Under the pieces are notes generated by a model, which did no database searches, was not told the DNA's origin, and saw only the letters and a program-made list of their open reading frames with translations. A stretch of 63,930 nucleotides of DNA, the filler included, from Phoronis australis (lineage: Eukaryota; Animalia; Phoronida): NCBI GenBank assembly GCA_002633005.1. It is 3 parts of 3 records of this genome, joined end to end, with 100 filler letters (N's around TTAATTAATTAA, not from the genome) between each part and the next. Parts side by side here need not be neighbours in the genome. Positions count along the whole stretch, not along the records: positions 1 to 30,962 come from NMRA01000195.1; 2 more parts are not named here. One strand, 5' to 3'. Both the position numbers and the translations under genes were made by a program. Within the stretch, counting starts at the first letter, position 1, and the number at the start of each line of letters is the position of its first letter. Below, one piece after another: positions 1 to 13,910 of this stretch.

Positions 1-934
1 TGAATCAATGATAAACGGTTAGCAACAAAGACCTTAAACCTAGACTTCGTATTTCTGATATACTGTAACACAATGGCAGAATCAGTCCAAAAGACAATAT
101 CATCAATTTCAAACTGTATCTCATCTCTAACAAAACAAGAGATCTTCACAGCTAAAGCCGCAGCAGGTAATTCTAACCTGGGGATAGTCAAACCTTTGGA
201 AGGAGCAACACGCGACTTTCCTAAGACGATAGAACAAAAACATTACCACAATCGTCCAACAACCGTAAGTAAGTCACAACGCCATACCCTACTTCCGAAG
301 CATCTGAGAAGCAATGTAATTGAACAGAGTAACTCTCACCAAATCCAACAGGCTTAAAGCAGCGAGGAACATCAATAACACTCAACCTAGAAAAACCGTC
401 TAACCAACCTCTCCACTGCAACAACATATCGTCAGGTATCAATTCATCCCATCCGAGTTTCATTACACACAATTTCTGCAAAATCAGTTTACCCGGCAAA
501 ATGAATGGAGAAGCCATACCTAAGGGATCATACATAGAGCTTACTACTGACAAGATACCTCTTCTTGTAGAAGGAATAGACTTCTCTACAACACGGAAAC
601 TAAATGTGTCGCTATCAACATTCCACTGAACACCAAGAGCATATTCAATCGGCAATTTATCAAGATTTAAATCTACAACTGACGGAGCCCTCTCACTATC
701 AGGAATGTGAGCAAGAACATTGCGACTGTTACTAATCCACTTAGTGAGATGAAATCCAGCTCTCGACATCATATCACGCAGCTGTTCAATAAGTTGAAGA
801 GCTCTAGACTCCGAATCAACAGATTTCAACAAATCATCGACATAGAAATTATTACTAACAGTAGAGCATGTCAAATCATCATACTCGCCTCCGAAATCCT
901 CAACTGTGTGCTTAACACAATAGCTGGCAACGCA
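1..934 (-). mobile_element. BEL/Pao LTR retrotransposon pol fragment (RT C-terminal half + RNase H), cut by an N gap and the window edge
   Basis: Shows the RT motif FYVDDLLKS, then GFHLTKWISN, LGVQWN, TRRGILSVVSSMYDPLG and RNase H LHCFSDASEVGYG. After a frameshift near 236-240 it continues KSRVAPSKGLTIPRLEL...FWTDS. All are hallmark BEL/Pao motifs. Confidence 0.93.
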
Positions 935-1139
935 NNNNNNNNNNNNNNNNNNNNNNNNNNNNNNNNNNNNNNNNNNNNNNNNNNNNNNNNNNNNNNNNNN
1001 NNNNNNNNNNNNNNNNNNNNNNNNNNNNNNNNNNNNNNNNNNNNNNNNNNNNNNNNNNNNNNNNNNNNNNNNNNNNNNNNNNNNNNNNNNNNNTTTTTTC
1101 ATGTTTAAAACTTAAGTTTTAACAAATAAAATTAAGTTT

Positions 1140-1420
1140 CAACATTTTGTCCGGCTATAAGCATTTGCGCAAACCACGATTGTAGATGCGCATAGCACCG
1201 AATGGGGGAGGTCGGGAGGAGGGTTTGCCCCCCCTCCCGCTCTGGAAATTTTTTCTGTTTTTTCCTCTAAAATCAAGTATTATCCAAGAAAAAAGCAAAA
1301 AAAATAAAATAAACAGAACGTGGAAAACAGGAAAAATGCAAGATACCAGAAACTCGAACTCACAAGTTGTGCGTCACAACCAAGCGAATAGAGCGAGCAT
1401 GCTTTACCACTACACCACCT
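1140..1420 (-). repeat. Interspersed repeat with a tRNA-like A/B-box segment; inverted copy at ~31540-31790
   Basis: gcatttgcgcaaac..tgtagatgcgcatagcaccgaatgggggaggtcggga and ctcgaactcac..taccactacaccacc are the reverse complement of sequence at 31545-31785. Confidence 0.75.
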
Positions 1421-3183
1421 ATGGTCTATGACAATACCAACAACTAATCAGTTTTGAATTTTAGCATTCCAAGTACTAACTTTAGCTTTCAAAAATTGAC
1501 CACTTAACATTGTTTCTCCCTTTCCCAGAGGCCACATTTAATCCAAGTACAGAACAAAATGAAACTAATTTTGTTGCCGAAAGTGGTCTAAATTCAAAAC
1601 TTTGATATGCCAAAAACCGGTCATGTGGCTCCATTAAGACATTTAAATTAGACCTAGCTTCTGGTGAAATTCACAAGTATTTTTTGTAGTTTCATTACTT
1701 TATAGTAGCTTTCAGTTAATTTGAAAAGTAGCATTATCACCACGTTGTTGAATGATTACAAAAGCTCACTAAGTTGTGGCATGGTTACAAAAGGGCAGAC
1801 ACTGGCACCCAAAAACAAAAAATGGCTATTTACAAAAAAAAATTAATGCTTCATAAATTCAAATGTCGTGTTAGAACAACTGCAAAAGGAGCTCTGTCAA
1901 ACTATAGACAAGTGTAAACTAGACGTTCTCAACAAAAATAATTTTACCTGTTTATTTTTTCGTGGCATCCGCTCAAACAAGGTTTTTATGTCAGTAATCC
2001 TGTACGCCGATCAAATATGTCAATTTTTGGAGGAAAGTTCAGTTGGGCACCAGCATACGGTATACGCATAACAAACGAAAATAAAAATTGTTTGTCACTT
2101 TTGCTACAAAACAAAACGATGTCCATTATATTAAAGTGTGATAAACTACCGTTGGGGCTAGTGCCTGTGTTAGTGCTGGGATCAAGCAGGTGCTAAGCCA
2201 TATGCCGCCGACAGACCTACTCTATAGCCGGCAAACATATATCTAGCCTGGGGATACTCACGCAACATTGCTTCGTTGATCTGTAAGTGTGGCCGCCCAT
2301 GGAGCTCTATTCACAGATTTAACCGCTCGAGATGAGTTTTCGGTTTGGGAAATGACCGAAAGGTGACAAAATGTCCCTCTCTAGCTGCATACCGGCTGTC
2401 AGAATTGCAGATGCCATAGCAACATCGTTTTAGCATACAGATGAAAAAATCAGATATCACTAAAATGTAATTGTGAAATTACCCGACCTGTAACATTGTT
2501 AAACGTACTTACGATTCCAAGAATTATACCAATTAGAAGACTTCGAACAACTTTGGAGTGCCAACATTATTTTTCGTTGTACTAAACAGCAAAAATGATG
2601 CAACTGTTCCCCATCACAAAACACTAATCGGAAGATGACATTGGTAATGTAGGGGTGTGAGTGCTTGGCAAGTCAAAAGGAGTTACATCTTTTAAAAGTG
2701 CTTTATTGAGAGACATGAAACATTTCTCATTGACATTTCCACAGTTCTTCTCTGTTTCATTTCTAAAAATAAAAAAAAACAAAATGCATAGCAAACCTCA
2801 CAGATACAGACAAATGCAAATTCGGCAATACCAAATACGAAAACACCATGAAAAATACCTCAATACTGCCGCTCCCTGGCTCTCCTCACTGACGCCAAAC
2901 ATGCACTGCCACAATGTGAGTAAATCTAGTCAGCGCACAACACTTATACTGAAATGAGGGTCAGGTCATATGCAAATTACATTCAGTCCATTCAGTCATG
3001 AATATACACGTGACCATGAGCCACCCGGAGCATTCAAACGTGAAGTATCTTACAGTTACCAAAAATCAAGTTGTCTGATGTTGAATCGATCTCCAAAAAA
3101 CATACCAATACTTACGGCAACTAGAATTTTACCCTCCTCAGTCATTCCTTAGTAGTTTTCCTTTTTTGAAAAAGTGTGGAAGT

Positions 3184-4900
3184 CAGGGATATACCCAGGC
3201 TTTTAGTCTTGAAAAACCCTGCTCGCCAGCTGGGCGAGTGCCGGAGCCGGAAAATCTACTCGCCAAGCCCGAAGTTCGGTCACCCGGCCGTTGGCGCCAG
3301 TCACCACAAACTTGCTGCTAATTTAAATGAAATCATCGTTTCGTGCACTGATGTCACCATCTATTAGGGCTACCGTATTCGCCCAGGGGGACTCTTTTTG
3401 TAGCCTACGGCAGTTAAAACCTGTTTTTCGAAACGGGTGAAATCGGCAGCTAGGATTCATCAAATTTACGCGCTGTGACGTATGTGTAACCTACAGTGTA
3501 AGACAGACTAGCTACAAAACTGTGGTGCATTGCTATCAAACTCTGTTGTTAAATTACGATCTTTTTAAAAAAAATGTGCTGAAATCCCAGGGCGAAAACT
3601 TGCCGACTGATGCGTCGCTGCTTCGCGATCGTCGATAGGTCAACTTGAATTCTTGAGTAAAAATAGTTTCGACCTGAAATCCTCCCAAATAGCCTTTCCT
3701 AAGATTCTTAAGTTCCTGTGGACTCGGAGTCGGGATTAACCGCAGATTAAGTCAAAATCTGCGCTAGATCGCACCCCGCAACGAGAAAAATCTGGACGAA
3801 CACATATGTTGTTGTCACGTGACGTTTGTATTGAATTGAATCAGCTGGTGTGCACCGAGTGAGCGAGCGCGTGCGTATCATTAGTGTTCATTTGCCAGAG
3901 TAGCAGGCCCAATGAGCTGTATAATGTAGTATATTTATCTCATTGAGCAGGCCCACACGTAATATGTGGGCCCTAGCGTGCGCTTCTTGGCCAAGTTTCG
4001 ATTCGCGGTTTTTATAATTTTTCGTGTACAAAACAGTTTGGATTCCTGTTGTGGGAGAAGATCCGTACGGGAAAGATACAATACCCATCCCGTTGACCTA
4101 AGTACGCTGCGTCTGTTCTGATCAGGGCCAGACCATGTAGTGTGACACTTTCCTCCCCGCAAGATCAGCAAATCTTTTGCGTTCTTTTTGAAGCACTGCG
4201 GAATGGTTTGAAGTGTACAGCCACGGCTAAATACCGACATAGCGGCGAGGCTCGTGGTCTACTAGAAATTACGCGCACAATGATTTTTCAGAACTGTCGG
4301 ATATTATTGATAAATTGAATACATTTACTGTAGAATTTTAGAACTGTCAGGTAAGACATTTTTCGCACTGATATATACACATTCATGGACTGGGCGCTTA
4401 TTTTAGCGAAGTCTGAAAACGAGTGGGGACGCTTATAGGGGCATGGGCGCTTATTAGGACGAATGTTATCAAAATAATTTTGGCTAAAATGACATTGCAC
4501 TTTACAATAAGAAATCAGTTCCAAGAAGTATGGTATTTTATTTGCTATGAGCACATGGACCGGTCTTCCACCTTTCTCCCCTTTTCTTCGTTTCGGACTA
4601 GTCCACAAATTCTTTGTGCACGACCACACACTGTGTTTTTTGACGAATCGCGTAACGGGTGACATGTACTGAATCGGTAGGGTCCGGAGCATCGACACGA
4701 TGACCAAACTGAACCTAAAATGCATGATAAAAACAGCACAAGAAGGAGAAAAATTATTCATAATCATCTGGGAAACGACATATTGTGCTTTTGCGCTCTG
4801 AAATTCGCTCGCCACCGGGCGACCGGCAAGTCAATTTCTACTCGCCCAGCACCATTTTTACTAGCATTGGTGACTGGGCGATTGGCTAAGTATATCCCTG
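3184..4900. mobile_element. Non-autonomous hAT-like DNA transposon with a nested second element (~3373-4465)
   Basis: Perfect 11-bp TIR CAGGGATATAC (3184-3194) / GTATATCCCTG (4890-4900), flanked by ggaagt/ggaagg. Carries subterminal ctcgcc/ggcgag motifs. The inner TA-CCGTATT element shares ~500 bp with 18090-18560. Confidence 0.65.
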
Positions 4901-5065
4901 GGAAGGATACCGACGAGATATTACTGGAATTGGTACGTTCAGGCACTGCACAGTACACCATGGCCAGCTGATGATCACTCACGAGGTTTTATCAGTGTGC
5001 CTCGTTTTCGATCAGTATTTAAAGATGGCGCGGGAAGATGGCGCTTTCGTGAAATAGGTGAATAA

Positions 5066-5260
5066 AGTGTCTACATATGTAGTGCGCTATTCTAAATTAT
5101 GGCTATAGCCATGGATTTAGAATGTCTATACAGTATATGTAGCACGATATTCTATATTTATGGTCAGGACCATGGATATAGAGTGTCTATATACATGTAC
5201 TTAGTGCACTATTCTATGTTATGGTCATGATCAAGCATTTAGAGTGTATGTATACATGTA
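5066..5260. repeat. Degenerate ~53-bp tandem repeat, 3-4 copies
   Basis: Recurring gtgtcta-tatatgtag-ctattcta-ttatgg-ccatggatttaga units. Confidence 0.7.
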
Positions 5261-6469
5261 CCGAGCTACCACAATTAGTATAACCAAAAATAGAAAATAA
5301 AGTCTATACTTCGTCTAATGAGTGGGTGAAACGAACACATTACAGAATATTTTTTCTATTTGGATTCTATATGTCTTACAGTTTGAAGCTTATTGTGCAC
5401 CAAGGCCAGCCAATAAATGTATATTGTGTTTAATGAAATACCTTTAAGAAATCATTAGTTTTAACAGAATTATTAAAGTTTGACTTGTGAAAATACTGCG
5501 TAGCGTTTTAAGACGCGTGTTCATATTGACGTCATTCAACATTTAATTCCAAAATTCAATGCGCCAACGCCACGGATATTTGTCACGTTTGATATCTGCA
5601 CATTTAAGCCCCCTCTTGTTGCACAACTAACTATATATGGTTTCTTCAACGGTCTAATGGTTCAACTATATGAGACGAAACATGATGTAATTACAGAAAT
5701 TGATCAGCAGTAATAGAATGGCTGCAGGACAAGATTGAAATGGAACCATCTGGTATAACACGTCGGGGCAGCAGGTGGCACCAGTAGATTATTAATTAAA
5801 ATGCACTTTCCTGACTTACTTGAATGAATCTATGTAATATGTCTGATGCTAAAATGTTTAATGCCGATCATCACGAATTGTTGTATCGCCTCTCCCTCCC
5901 CGCTCCTCCCCTCCGGAGAGGGTTTCACATGAGACAAATCTCCCTCTATCCTAGCTGTACATGTACGCCTCTCAGAATGTACACAGAAGTCCGTGCCCTG
6001 ACTGTTGCATACTTCTGTATGCATAAAACATTGCTCCTTGCTAGTTGAAAGGCTTACTTTCGCCCGTTATATTTACCGTCAATCTTAATGAACGTAACAA
6101 AATAGACACTGTGTACTGTTCGTCTTCTTCACTGTCTTAATCATATTTTCTAAACTTAGAATAAGAAATCCTTGTGTAAAAATCTCGCACTTCCATTTTT
6201 GTTGATATGAATTCTGATGAGAGTGATCATCGTTCACATATACCAGTCTCATCATCGTTTACAGCATTATTCTTAGGATAGTTCTGGTCAGTGACAAGAA
6301 TTTGTATAAATTACTAGGACTGATGAAAAAACTTAGATCTTACATTACACAAATCGTTAATATAAATTCTTTTCAACATCTTATAACATGTCATACCATT
6401 AGTAGAAATAACCGAAATTAATTTGTTTTAAAGACCTACTTATGATCAATTTTATCATTTATAATTGCA

Positions 6470-6685
6470 TGTGTACACCTGTCTCGCATGCGCAGATATA
6501 TTGCCTGTGTACACTTGTGCACGCGCAGATCAGTAAAGTGCCTGTGTACGCCCGACGTGAACGCGCAGATATAGTGCCTGTGTACACCTTTGGTTCTCCG
6601 GACATAGTGCCTCTGTACACGTGTCGTCCACGCGCAAGTATAGCGACTGTGTACATCTGTCGTGCTCCCGCAGGTATAGCGTGCT
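6470..6685. repeat. Degenerate ~31-bp minisatellite
   Basis: Recurring gtgtacac...cgcgcagatatagtgcct units, about 6-7 copies. Confidence 0.75.
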
Positions 6686-6932
6686 TTCTTGGTCAGCTGT
6701 AAAACATTCTGAAAACTCTGGACTTCGCCACAGTTGGGACCAGCGAGACATAAGTGCTATAGGTAAAGCTGAAATTGCAAAATTCAAACTCAAGTAAACC
6801 AAGTTCGTGGAATCATTCTGCTGAAGCAATCAGTCAACTTTAAACGACGATGCTATTTTAACATAATCCACGCTAAACAAAGTGCAGTTATTCAGTGACA
6901 ATTTGTAAACGTGAAAATAGTTTTGGAAATAG

Positions 6933-8753
6933 GTGACCTTTGCATTTGTGGATGATTTGACGATTACGACAGGGTTGGCGGTAGGTGCCGCTTGGGTGGT
7001 CAAGACACTGGGCGAGCTGGCTAATTGGGCACGCATGAGTTTCAAGGTGGAGAAGTCCCGTAGCCTTGTCATTGTTAAGGGAAAAGTCAACCCACACCAT
7101 ACGTTCAAAATAGGTTCAGAGGCCATTCCATCTGTGAGCAGAAAACCAGTTAAGTACTTAGGGAAGTTCTACAGCGGGTCTTTGAAAGATGTGGAGCATG
7201 TAAAGGCAGCCATCAAAGAGCTGAGTGACCATTTGATCAAGATTGAGAAGAGCGGTCTCCCTGGCAGATTCAAAGTCTGTTGCTACCAGTTTGGACTTTT
7301 CCCTAAAGTTATGTGGCCACTGACAATGTACAATTTCTCAATTTCAACTGCAGAGAAAATGGAAAGGATGGTGAGCAGATGGTTAAGAAAGTGGTTGGGT
7401 GTCCCACCAAGTTTTGCAAGACTCGGCTAATACATCAAAGGAGGCGCAGTTTCTCTGCCTGTGACATCGATTGTGGAGGAGTTCAAGGTGATAAAGTGCA
7501 GAACATTATTGACTCTGCGGAACTCGAGAGATGAGATGATCAGAGAGAGTGAATTATCGGTAGATTCTGGAAGAAAGTGGAAGGCTGCTGTAGCAGTGGA
7601 GGAGGCAGAGAGCAGGTTACGGCATAAAGATATCGTGGGAACCGTCTGCCACGGAAGACAGGGTTTGGGAATGGTTCCGGGGAAGAGATGGAAGTTGTCA
7701 ACGGGCAAAGAGAGGCGCAAAATGGTTTTGGACGAAGTTAGATCCCAGGAGAACGAGAGAAGGTATGCTGAAGCGGTCGGACTGAGGAAACAGGGCGCAT
7801 GGACATCATGGGAAGGAGTGAACAGCAGAAGGATAACGGGTAAAGACCTTCTGTCTTCAGACCAATTCAGATTGGGCTTTTTACTTGGTTCCATATATGA
7901 CACTCTCCCAACACCTGTAAATCTTCGAACGTGGGGCAAAACTGAGGATGACAGCTGTAGGGGCTGTGGCAAGCGGTGTACCTTAGAACACGTTCTATCC
8001 AGCTGTAGAGAAGCTCTCACCTCAGGGAAGTACACTTGGCGCCATGATAAGATTCTCAAGTGTATTGCACATGTTTTAGATCTGGAAAGAAGGAAGGCGA
8101 CTAACTCTGGTAAAGCACTCATTCAATTCAACAAAGGCGGGGTATCCACTAAGAGGCGTGATTCNTCAGGGAAGTACACTTGGCGCCATGATAAGATTCT
8201 CAAGTGTATTGCACATGTTTTAGATCTGGAGAGAAGGAAGGTGACTAACTCTGGCAAAGCACTCATTCAATTCAACAAAGGCGGGGTATCCACTAAGAGG
8301 CGTGATTCAGGTATTCTAGGTATGACTGTCGACTGGAAGATGGTGACGGATGTGGTAACTAGGCGTTCATTCCCAAGCCATATTGCAGTAACCCAGTTAC
8401 AACCAGACATAGTGTTGTGGGCAGACAGCAAGAAGATAGTGACTTTGATCGAGTTAACGGTGCCGTGGGAGACTAGGGTGCAAGAGGCTCACGAGAGGAA
8501 ACAACTCAAGTACGCAGAGCTATCGCAGGAATGTGCAGCGAATGGCTGGAAATGCTTCTGTCTCCCCATAGAAGTTGGATGTCGAGGGTTTATTGCTGGA
8601 AGCATGTGGCGGATGACGAAGCTACTGGGCATTTCATCAAAAGGGCGAGCTGATATGTTTAAGTCTATTGTAAGAGCAGCGGAGGAAGCAACCGTGTGGC
8701 TGTGGTTACAGCGTGAGAACAAATGGCAACCCCAGCGTCGGCTGGAGGTCTGA
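6933..8753 (+). mobile_element. 5'-truncated non-LTR retrotransposon of the RLE group (HERO/NeSL-like): RT C-terminus, CCHC knuckle, restriction-like endonuclease; one in-frame stop
   Basis: Shows AFVDD, KYLGK, CRGCG..TLEHVLSSC, RHD, QPDIV, LIELTVPWE..K..KY and PIEVGCRGF. ORFs 6933-7430 and 7461-8753 are in the same frame, separated by TAA at 7428-7430. Confidence 0.92.
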
Positions 8754-9874
8754 TCAGCCTTCAGAGACCTACCATCGGAGAGGGTTCTAGGTCAAGGTTG
8801 AAACCCACGATGAAGATGGACTCCTAGCTGACGACGACGCTGGGTAGCAGATACCACCATGTTTACAAGTAAGTGAGCTTCCAAGTTAACAAAATATGAT
8901 CAACAAAATACTTATTGTTGAAGGTAAAAACATACCAGTACCATTGTGATGATAGAAAAAATTATGCATACCTTTAATCGCATTTGTTTGGGACAAAATA
9001 TGAGTACGAACTTTAAAATCAGCGCATATGTGAACAACGGCAACAACACCAACAACAAAATACTTGTAATTGGAGGTAAAAACAGACCAATACAATTGTG
9101 ATAATAGAAGAAACCGGTGCATATCTTTAATCACACTAGTTTTTAGCCAAAATATGCTTTTAAGGGGCCTTCAACAACAGGATGCAATACAGTACAATAT
9201 AATACATAAAACAATAATTAGATACAGGTAACAAAGCAGTAATTAAAAACAGGTTATGGGTGAAATTTTGACCAGGAGAGATTAAATAAAGAGACAGAAA
9301 AACCACAATTACCCAGCATCACACTGGCCTGATGGTGCTGTCAATGCTGTTCCATTGCAGTAGTATCCTGGAGAGCACGCCTGACAATTGGCAGCCTCCT
9401 CCAGCCCTGTACTGTCTGACCACGAGCCCAGAGGACACTCCACAGGTGACTTGGTGCCATATGGGCAGTGATGACCCTTTGGACAGTGTGAACCTGTCAT
9501 GCCATCTGTTGGCGTGGGAATGCTTGATCCACTGATGCATAAGTAGCCAGCATCACAACTTCCTGTAGGAAATTAAGAGAAAAACATGAAATAGAAATAT
9601 GATCTTCAGAAACATTATAAATTATGGACAAACTACAGCACAAAATTTGCATAACTTACATTGTGTATTTAGGTACATCAGCCAATATATTTAATAACCT
9701 AAATGTTGAATCATATACATGCACTTATAAGTGAAAGACTATTAGACAAAAGTTAAGTAAAACAAAGGAGAATTTTTAGAAAATATAATGAGAGTGAAAT
9801 TTGACTTATTCATTATAGAATGGTAGAAGTTAGCATGCGTTCAATGTCTAACAGTAACTACAAAATGAAGAGTA

Positions 9875-9940
9875 TTAAGTGGTAAGAGCACTAGACTAGC
9901 AATCTATAGACCTGTGGTTTGATTCCCAGTTGGGGTTCAT
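9875..9940 (+). repeat. Degenerate tRNA-derived SINE head
   Basis: agtggtaagagcactagactagcaatcta..gtggtttgattccc resembles tRNA D, anticodon and T arms, but no acceptor stem forms. Confidence 0.45.
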
Positions 9941-10352
9941 GATTTTTCTGTGTATATTTTGTATAAAAGTATTAATAATGGACAAAAAGGCGACAATAAC
10001 ACCCAGTTTCAGACATTGTCATATAGAAGAAATAGCTGGCTATGTCTATAAGAGAAGTTTAGAAGCATCTGCGAAACATCTGAGCAAAAACGGCATTTTG
10101 AAAAACGCAGGCACACAAGTTTAAACACATGCATATATGGCAATGAGAAGCCCTTTCTAGGAAAAAGCATGTCAAAACCTTTTATTCCCTGCAAGAATAT
10201 ATTACTTGAATGATTATTTACGAATCATTCAATAACCACATTGTAAGAGGTACAAGTTAGAAAATGTGAAATTATAAAGAAATGGATCCGACCTTCAATG
10301 AAATCACAAAAACATCTCATAAATGAATTCCTTTTATTGGTAATACAACTTA

Positions 10353-12226
10353 CCGTAATCGTTCGGGTTAACGCCCATGCTCAGTTAACCGCCCATCCCC
10401 CACTTTAAGTGGATTTTCGATTTCGCCCACTGCTCAGTTAAGCGCCCCCCTGCGATTTTTGAAGATTTCCAGTTAAGCGCCCACCTCTTAGTTAAGCGCC
10501 CATCCCCGACTTTTAAAGAATGAAGATTTAGCGCCTAGTGCTAAGGAAACGCGCGATTTCCGGACTTTTAGAAAAAGATCGATGATCACAATGAGTGCAA
10601 CGACGCAGGGACTTCGAGACGGTGATTTAGCAATCTGAATTACAAAACAGGTAACGAGTTATTGTCTTTGGTCATGAACTCACTTCAAAGTATAATACTT
10701 GAACCTTTTTGTCACTTTATTTTCTTCCCTTGTTTGCAAAGTTTAAGAACGCCGCCGGCGTCAAAACCTCCACTTTCAGCAACTTTGCCGCGCTGAGTGT
10801 CCGTCTGCAGTGCACTAGATAAAACATATATTCGAAAAAATCAGGCCAGAGAAATGTGACAATGGTTTTGCCAACCCTCCAAATTCTATTAAGGTGGGAA
10901 GCTCTCGTACTTTGAACAAATCTCACAACTCACGGAAAGATGTCAAATTCTCAATATTTTGATGAATATAACTGCCGGGTTATAGAGGATGTGGGGCTAC
11001 CGAAGGGACAGTACAAATGCCTTAGTGGGTTACCGATTTTGTTACTGCCTGTCGATTTCTGAATTCAAACGTTGGCAATAATGTATGTTTGTGTATGATC
11101 TTGAAGTAATAAAAAACGGCTAGTCAAATTTTGTTTTTCGCTTATTGCTGGCTGTTCTTCGCTATTTCTTGCGTCAGCCCCCATGTAAGCGTGACTGTGT
11201 GAATTATCGTTTCCACATCCCCTTTTTAGCCATCCAGAATAGTTTTGTTTATACATTGGCCATTTTCAGCCTGAACAAAAATTCTTACCATTCGTGTCTG
11301 AAATATGTACGACGTAGACTGCTTGACGATAGTGGGTAGGAGATTCACGCAGCTAGTTACAGGGATGGGCTTAGAGAGCATCGAGCCGGGAAATATGGGA
11401 ATACATTTGACATCGCAGTTTTGGGGAACATTGGCAACGGAGGAATATCGTAAAGAACTGGGTCTTTCGTAACAACAGCTTAAAAGTAAACAGTCAAGCC
11501 CGTTTTTGTTACTTCGGACTCTCGCTATGTGTGACTGATTTGTAGTGGTGCACGTGCGCAAGTTCCCACACTTTGGAGTGCATGTTACCTTGACACCAAC
11601 ATGTGATTGACAGGTGACTCACACGTAGGCCCTACGTGCGTGCTGAATACCGCCACTATCTTTGGCCATAAAAAACGAGATGCATATTGAAAGAGGCCGT
11701 TATATTACTTGACGGCATTTCCAAGTCACGATTGTCAGCCGACTGAGACATTGCGTGATAACAGCGGGACCGAACAGTGCCGCAGTGCGATATTACAAGT
11801 GATATAAATAGGATAATCTGGACATCTTGCATGAAAAATAAATGTTTTNACGACACGGGGCTATTACTCAGCAATTTTGTAAATTTAATAGTGAATGACT
11901 AATCTGAGGGCAAGAGAACCTTTGTTGGGATCATCCGCTGTTATGACGTTTTCACAGTCATTTGGCGACGTGACGATAAAGCTCTTTGAAAAGGGCTACG
12001 CGTTCCGAGTATGATTGTCGTGTCGGGATTTAGATCGCCAGCCGAGGTAAGATTAACCGCCCAGGGCAGTTGTCTGTCGTAATAAGCACCCATGTTCGGT
12101 TAACCGCCCATCCCTTACTTTAGGTGGATTTTCGATTTAACCGCCCACTGCTCGGTTAACCGCCCTCCCCCCATTTTTTGGATTCGCCAATTTAACCGCC
12201 CAGGGCGTTAACCCGAACGATTACGG
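10353..12226. mobile_element. Non-autonomous Tc1/mariner-pogo-type DNA transposon in an intron
   Basis: Perfect 24-bp TIR CCGTAATCGTTCGGGTTAACGCCC (10353-10376, 12203-12226), TA on both sides, multiple subterminal TTAA(C/G)CGCCC repeats, no transposase ORF. Confidence 0.9.
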
Positions 12227-13744
12227 TAATTTTGAACAATACAACTAACAAAGGCATATTAATCAAAATTAAAAACAATGGGCGTAAGTCCAGGCCATCA
12301 TTCACTACAATGTTGTGTCTCTCCCCCAATGTTATCTCTAAAACCAAAAGGTTCACTATATGGGACGTATTCGACTCAAGGTTGGATGGGGCACCAGCAT
12401 AGTAGTAGGCAATGGTCGGATATAATGTGCCAACATTTTAAGAACCAGTTTAATGCCCATTAGTAGTGGAGAAAACTGGTTCTCAATACATTCGACTAAT
12501 TCCGTAGTAGTGATCAACAGTCATGGGTACTATTCAAGTCAGTTAGTTCACTAAGAAGCCCACTGACATCCATTTGCCCCTATAAGTATCATGTCATTTT
12601 ATGTAACAATTAATGGATCAAGACAAGCGTAATACACACCATTCACTTCTGACTTCCCAGCATACTGACAAAACTTTCCCGCATCGCATGGAGTACACTC
12701 GCTTTGTCCTTCAGTTTAGCTGATGGGTTATATGTACCTGCGGGGCACGGGTGTTCTGTACTAAACTTGGGTGTTGTTCAGGCAGTAGTGACCCACTGGA
12801 CAAGGATACAGCGCATAGGTGGAAATAGGTGCATCAGCAATGTTGCAATAGTAACCTGCAAGGTGGAAAATAACTGTAAGCGGACGATAACAATAATATT
12901 AAAAATAAAACTTCAAAATAATGCAACAAACAAGCTCAAAGTACAGAATGACAAGTAAAACAATAACTGACAATAATCATAATATTTTGAAATGTAAATC
13001 TTCATAATCAAAAAAATTAAATCTGTTTGATTGAACTATGACACCTTATTCAAATTTTCTTTGATTACAGCCATAATACTGGTACATAATGAGGTGTTCT
13101 GTAAACACAATGTTAATCACAACATNGTACAGAATGACAAGTAAAACAATAACTGACAATAATCATAATATTTTGAAATGTAAATCTTCATAATCAAAAA
13201 AAATAAATCTGTTTGATTGAACTATGACACCTTTTTCAAATTTTCTTTGATTACAGCCATAATACTGGTACATAATGAGGTGTTCTGTAAACACAATGTT
13301 AATCACAACATCACAATCTGCACTCAGTTAGTTCAATTATGCTTCTACCCATCTCTGGGAAGTATGCAAGCCCAATATTGGAAATTACCCAAGCCTTCAT
13401 CATTCAGAAGCTATGTACTCATTTAAAGATGATGACAACATTCGAACTCTCACGATCTGATGATATGGTCAAGCATTCAACCTGACCACCACCAGCTCAC
13501 TTAAGTTTGCAATTTCTGTGAGTGAAAAGCGACCCATTCCCAAAAGCAAGAAAGATAGTGAGATCACAGGCTTAGATGATGTCTTACTAATACATGTCAC
13601 ATGTATTCTCCACAAACTTGCCTTACAGACTACAGCCCATGTTATACTGATTGACCATAGTCACAAAGCTGGATAGTGATTTGAGGACAGTTCTGTTCTG
13701 ATTCAGCACTGATTACACAAGCTGTATGTGGAGAATGTGGTGAA

Positions 13745-13910
13745 TGTGGAGAGTGGTGGTCATGGTGGAGAGTGGTGGTCATGATGGAGAGTGGTGGTCA
13801 TGGTGGAGAGTGGTGGTCATGGTGGACAGCGGTAGTCATGGTGGACAGTGGTGGTCATGGTGGACAGTGGGGGTCATAGTCGAGAGTGGTGGTCATGGTG
13901 GAGAGCGGTG
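13745..13910. repeat. 19-bp G-rich minisatellite, about 8-9 copies
   Basis: Unit ggagagtggtggtcatggt. Confidence 0.9.

Noticed and set aside
8022-8308. In-frame duplication of the RHD-containing segment in the HERO-like ORF
   Set aside because: The two ~143-bp copies are separated by a single N (8165). This is an unmerged contig/haplotype overlap, not a domain duplication.
7427-8722. Antisense ORFs over the HERO element (and 73-357, 707-1108 over BEL)
   Set aside because: These are shadow frames of retroelement coding sequence with no recognisable motifs.
8799-8835. Type II hammerhead in the HERO 3' UTR (GAAAC ... CTGACGA)
   Set aside because: Stem III does not close on an NUH triplet and stem I would be too short.
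12941-13311. 185-bp direct repeat
   Set aside because: The copies flank a single N (13126), the same assembly artefact.
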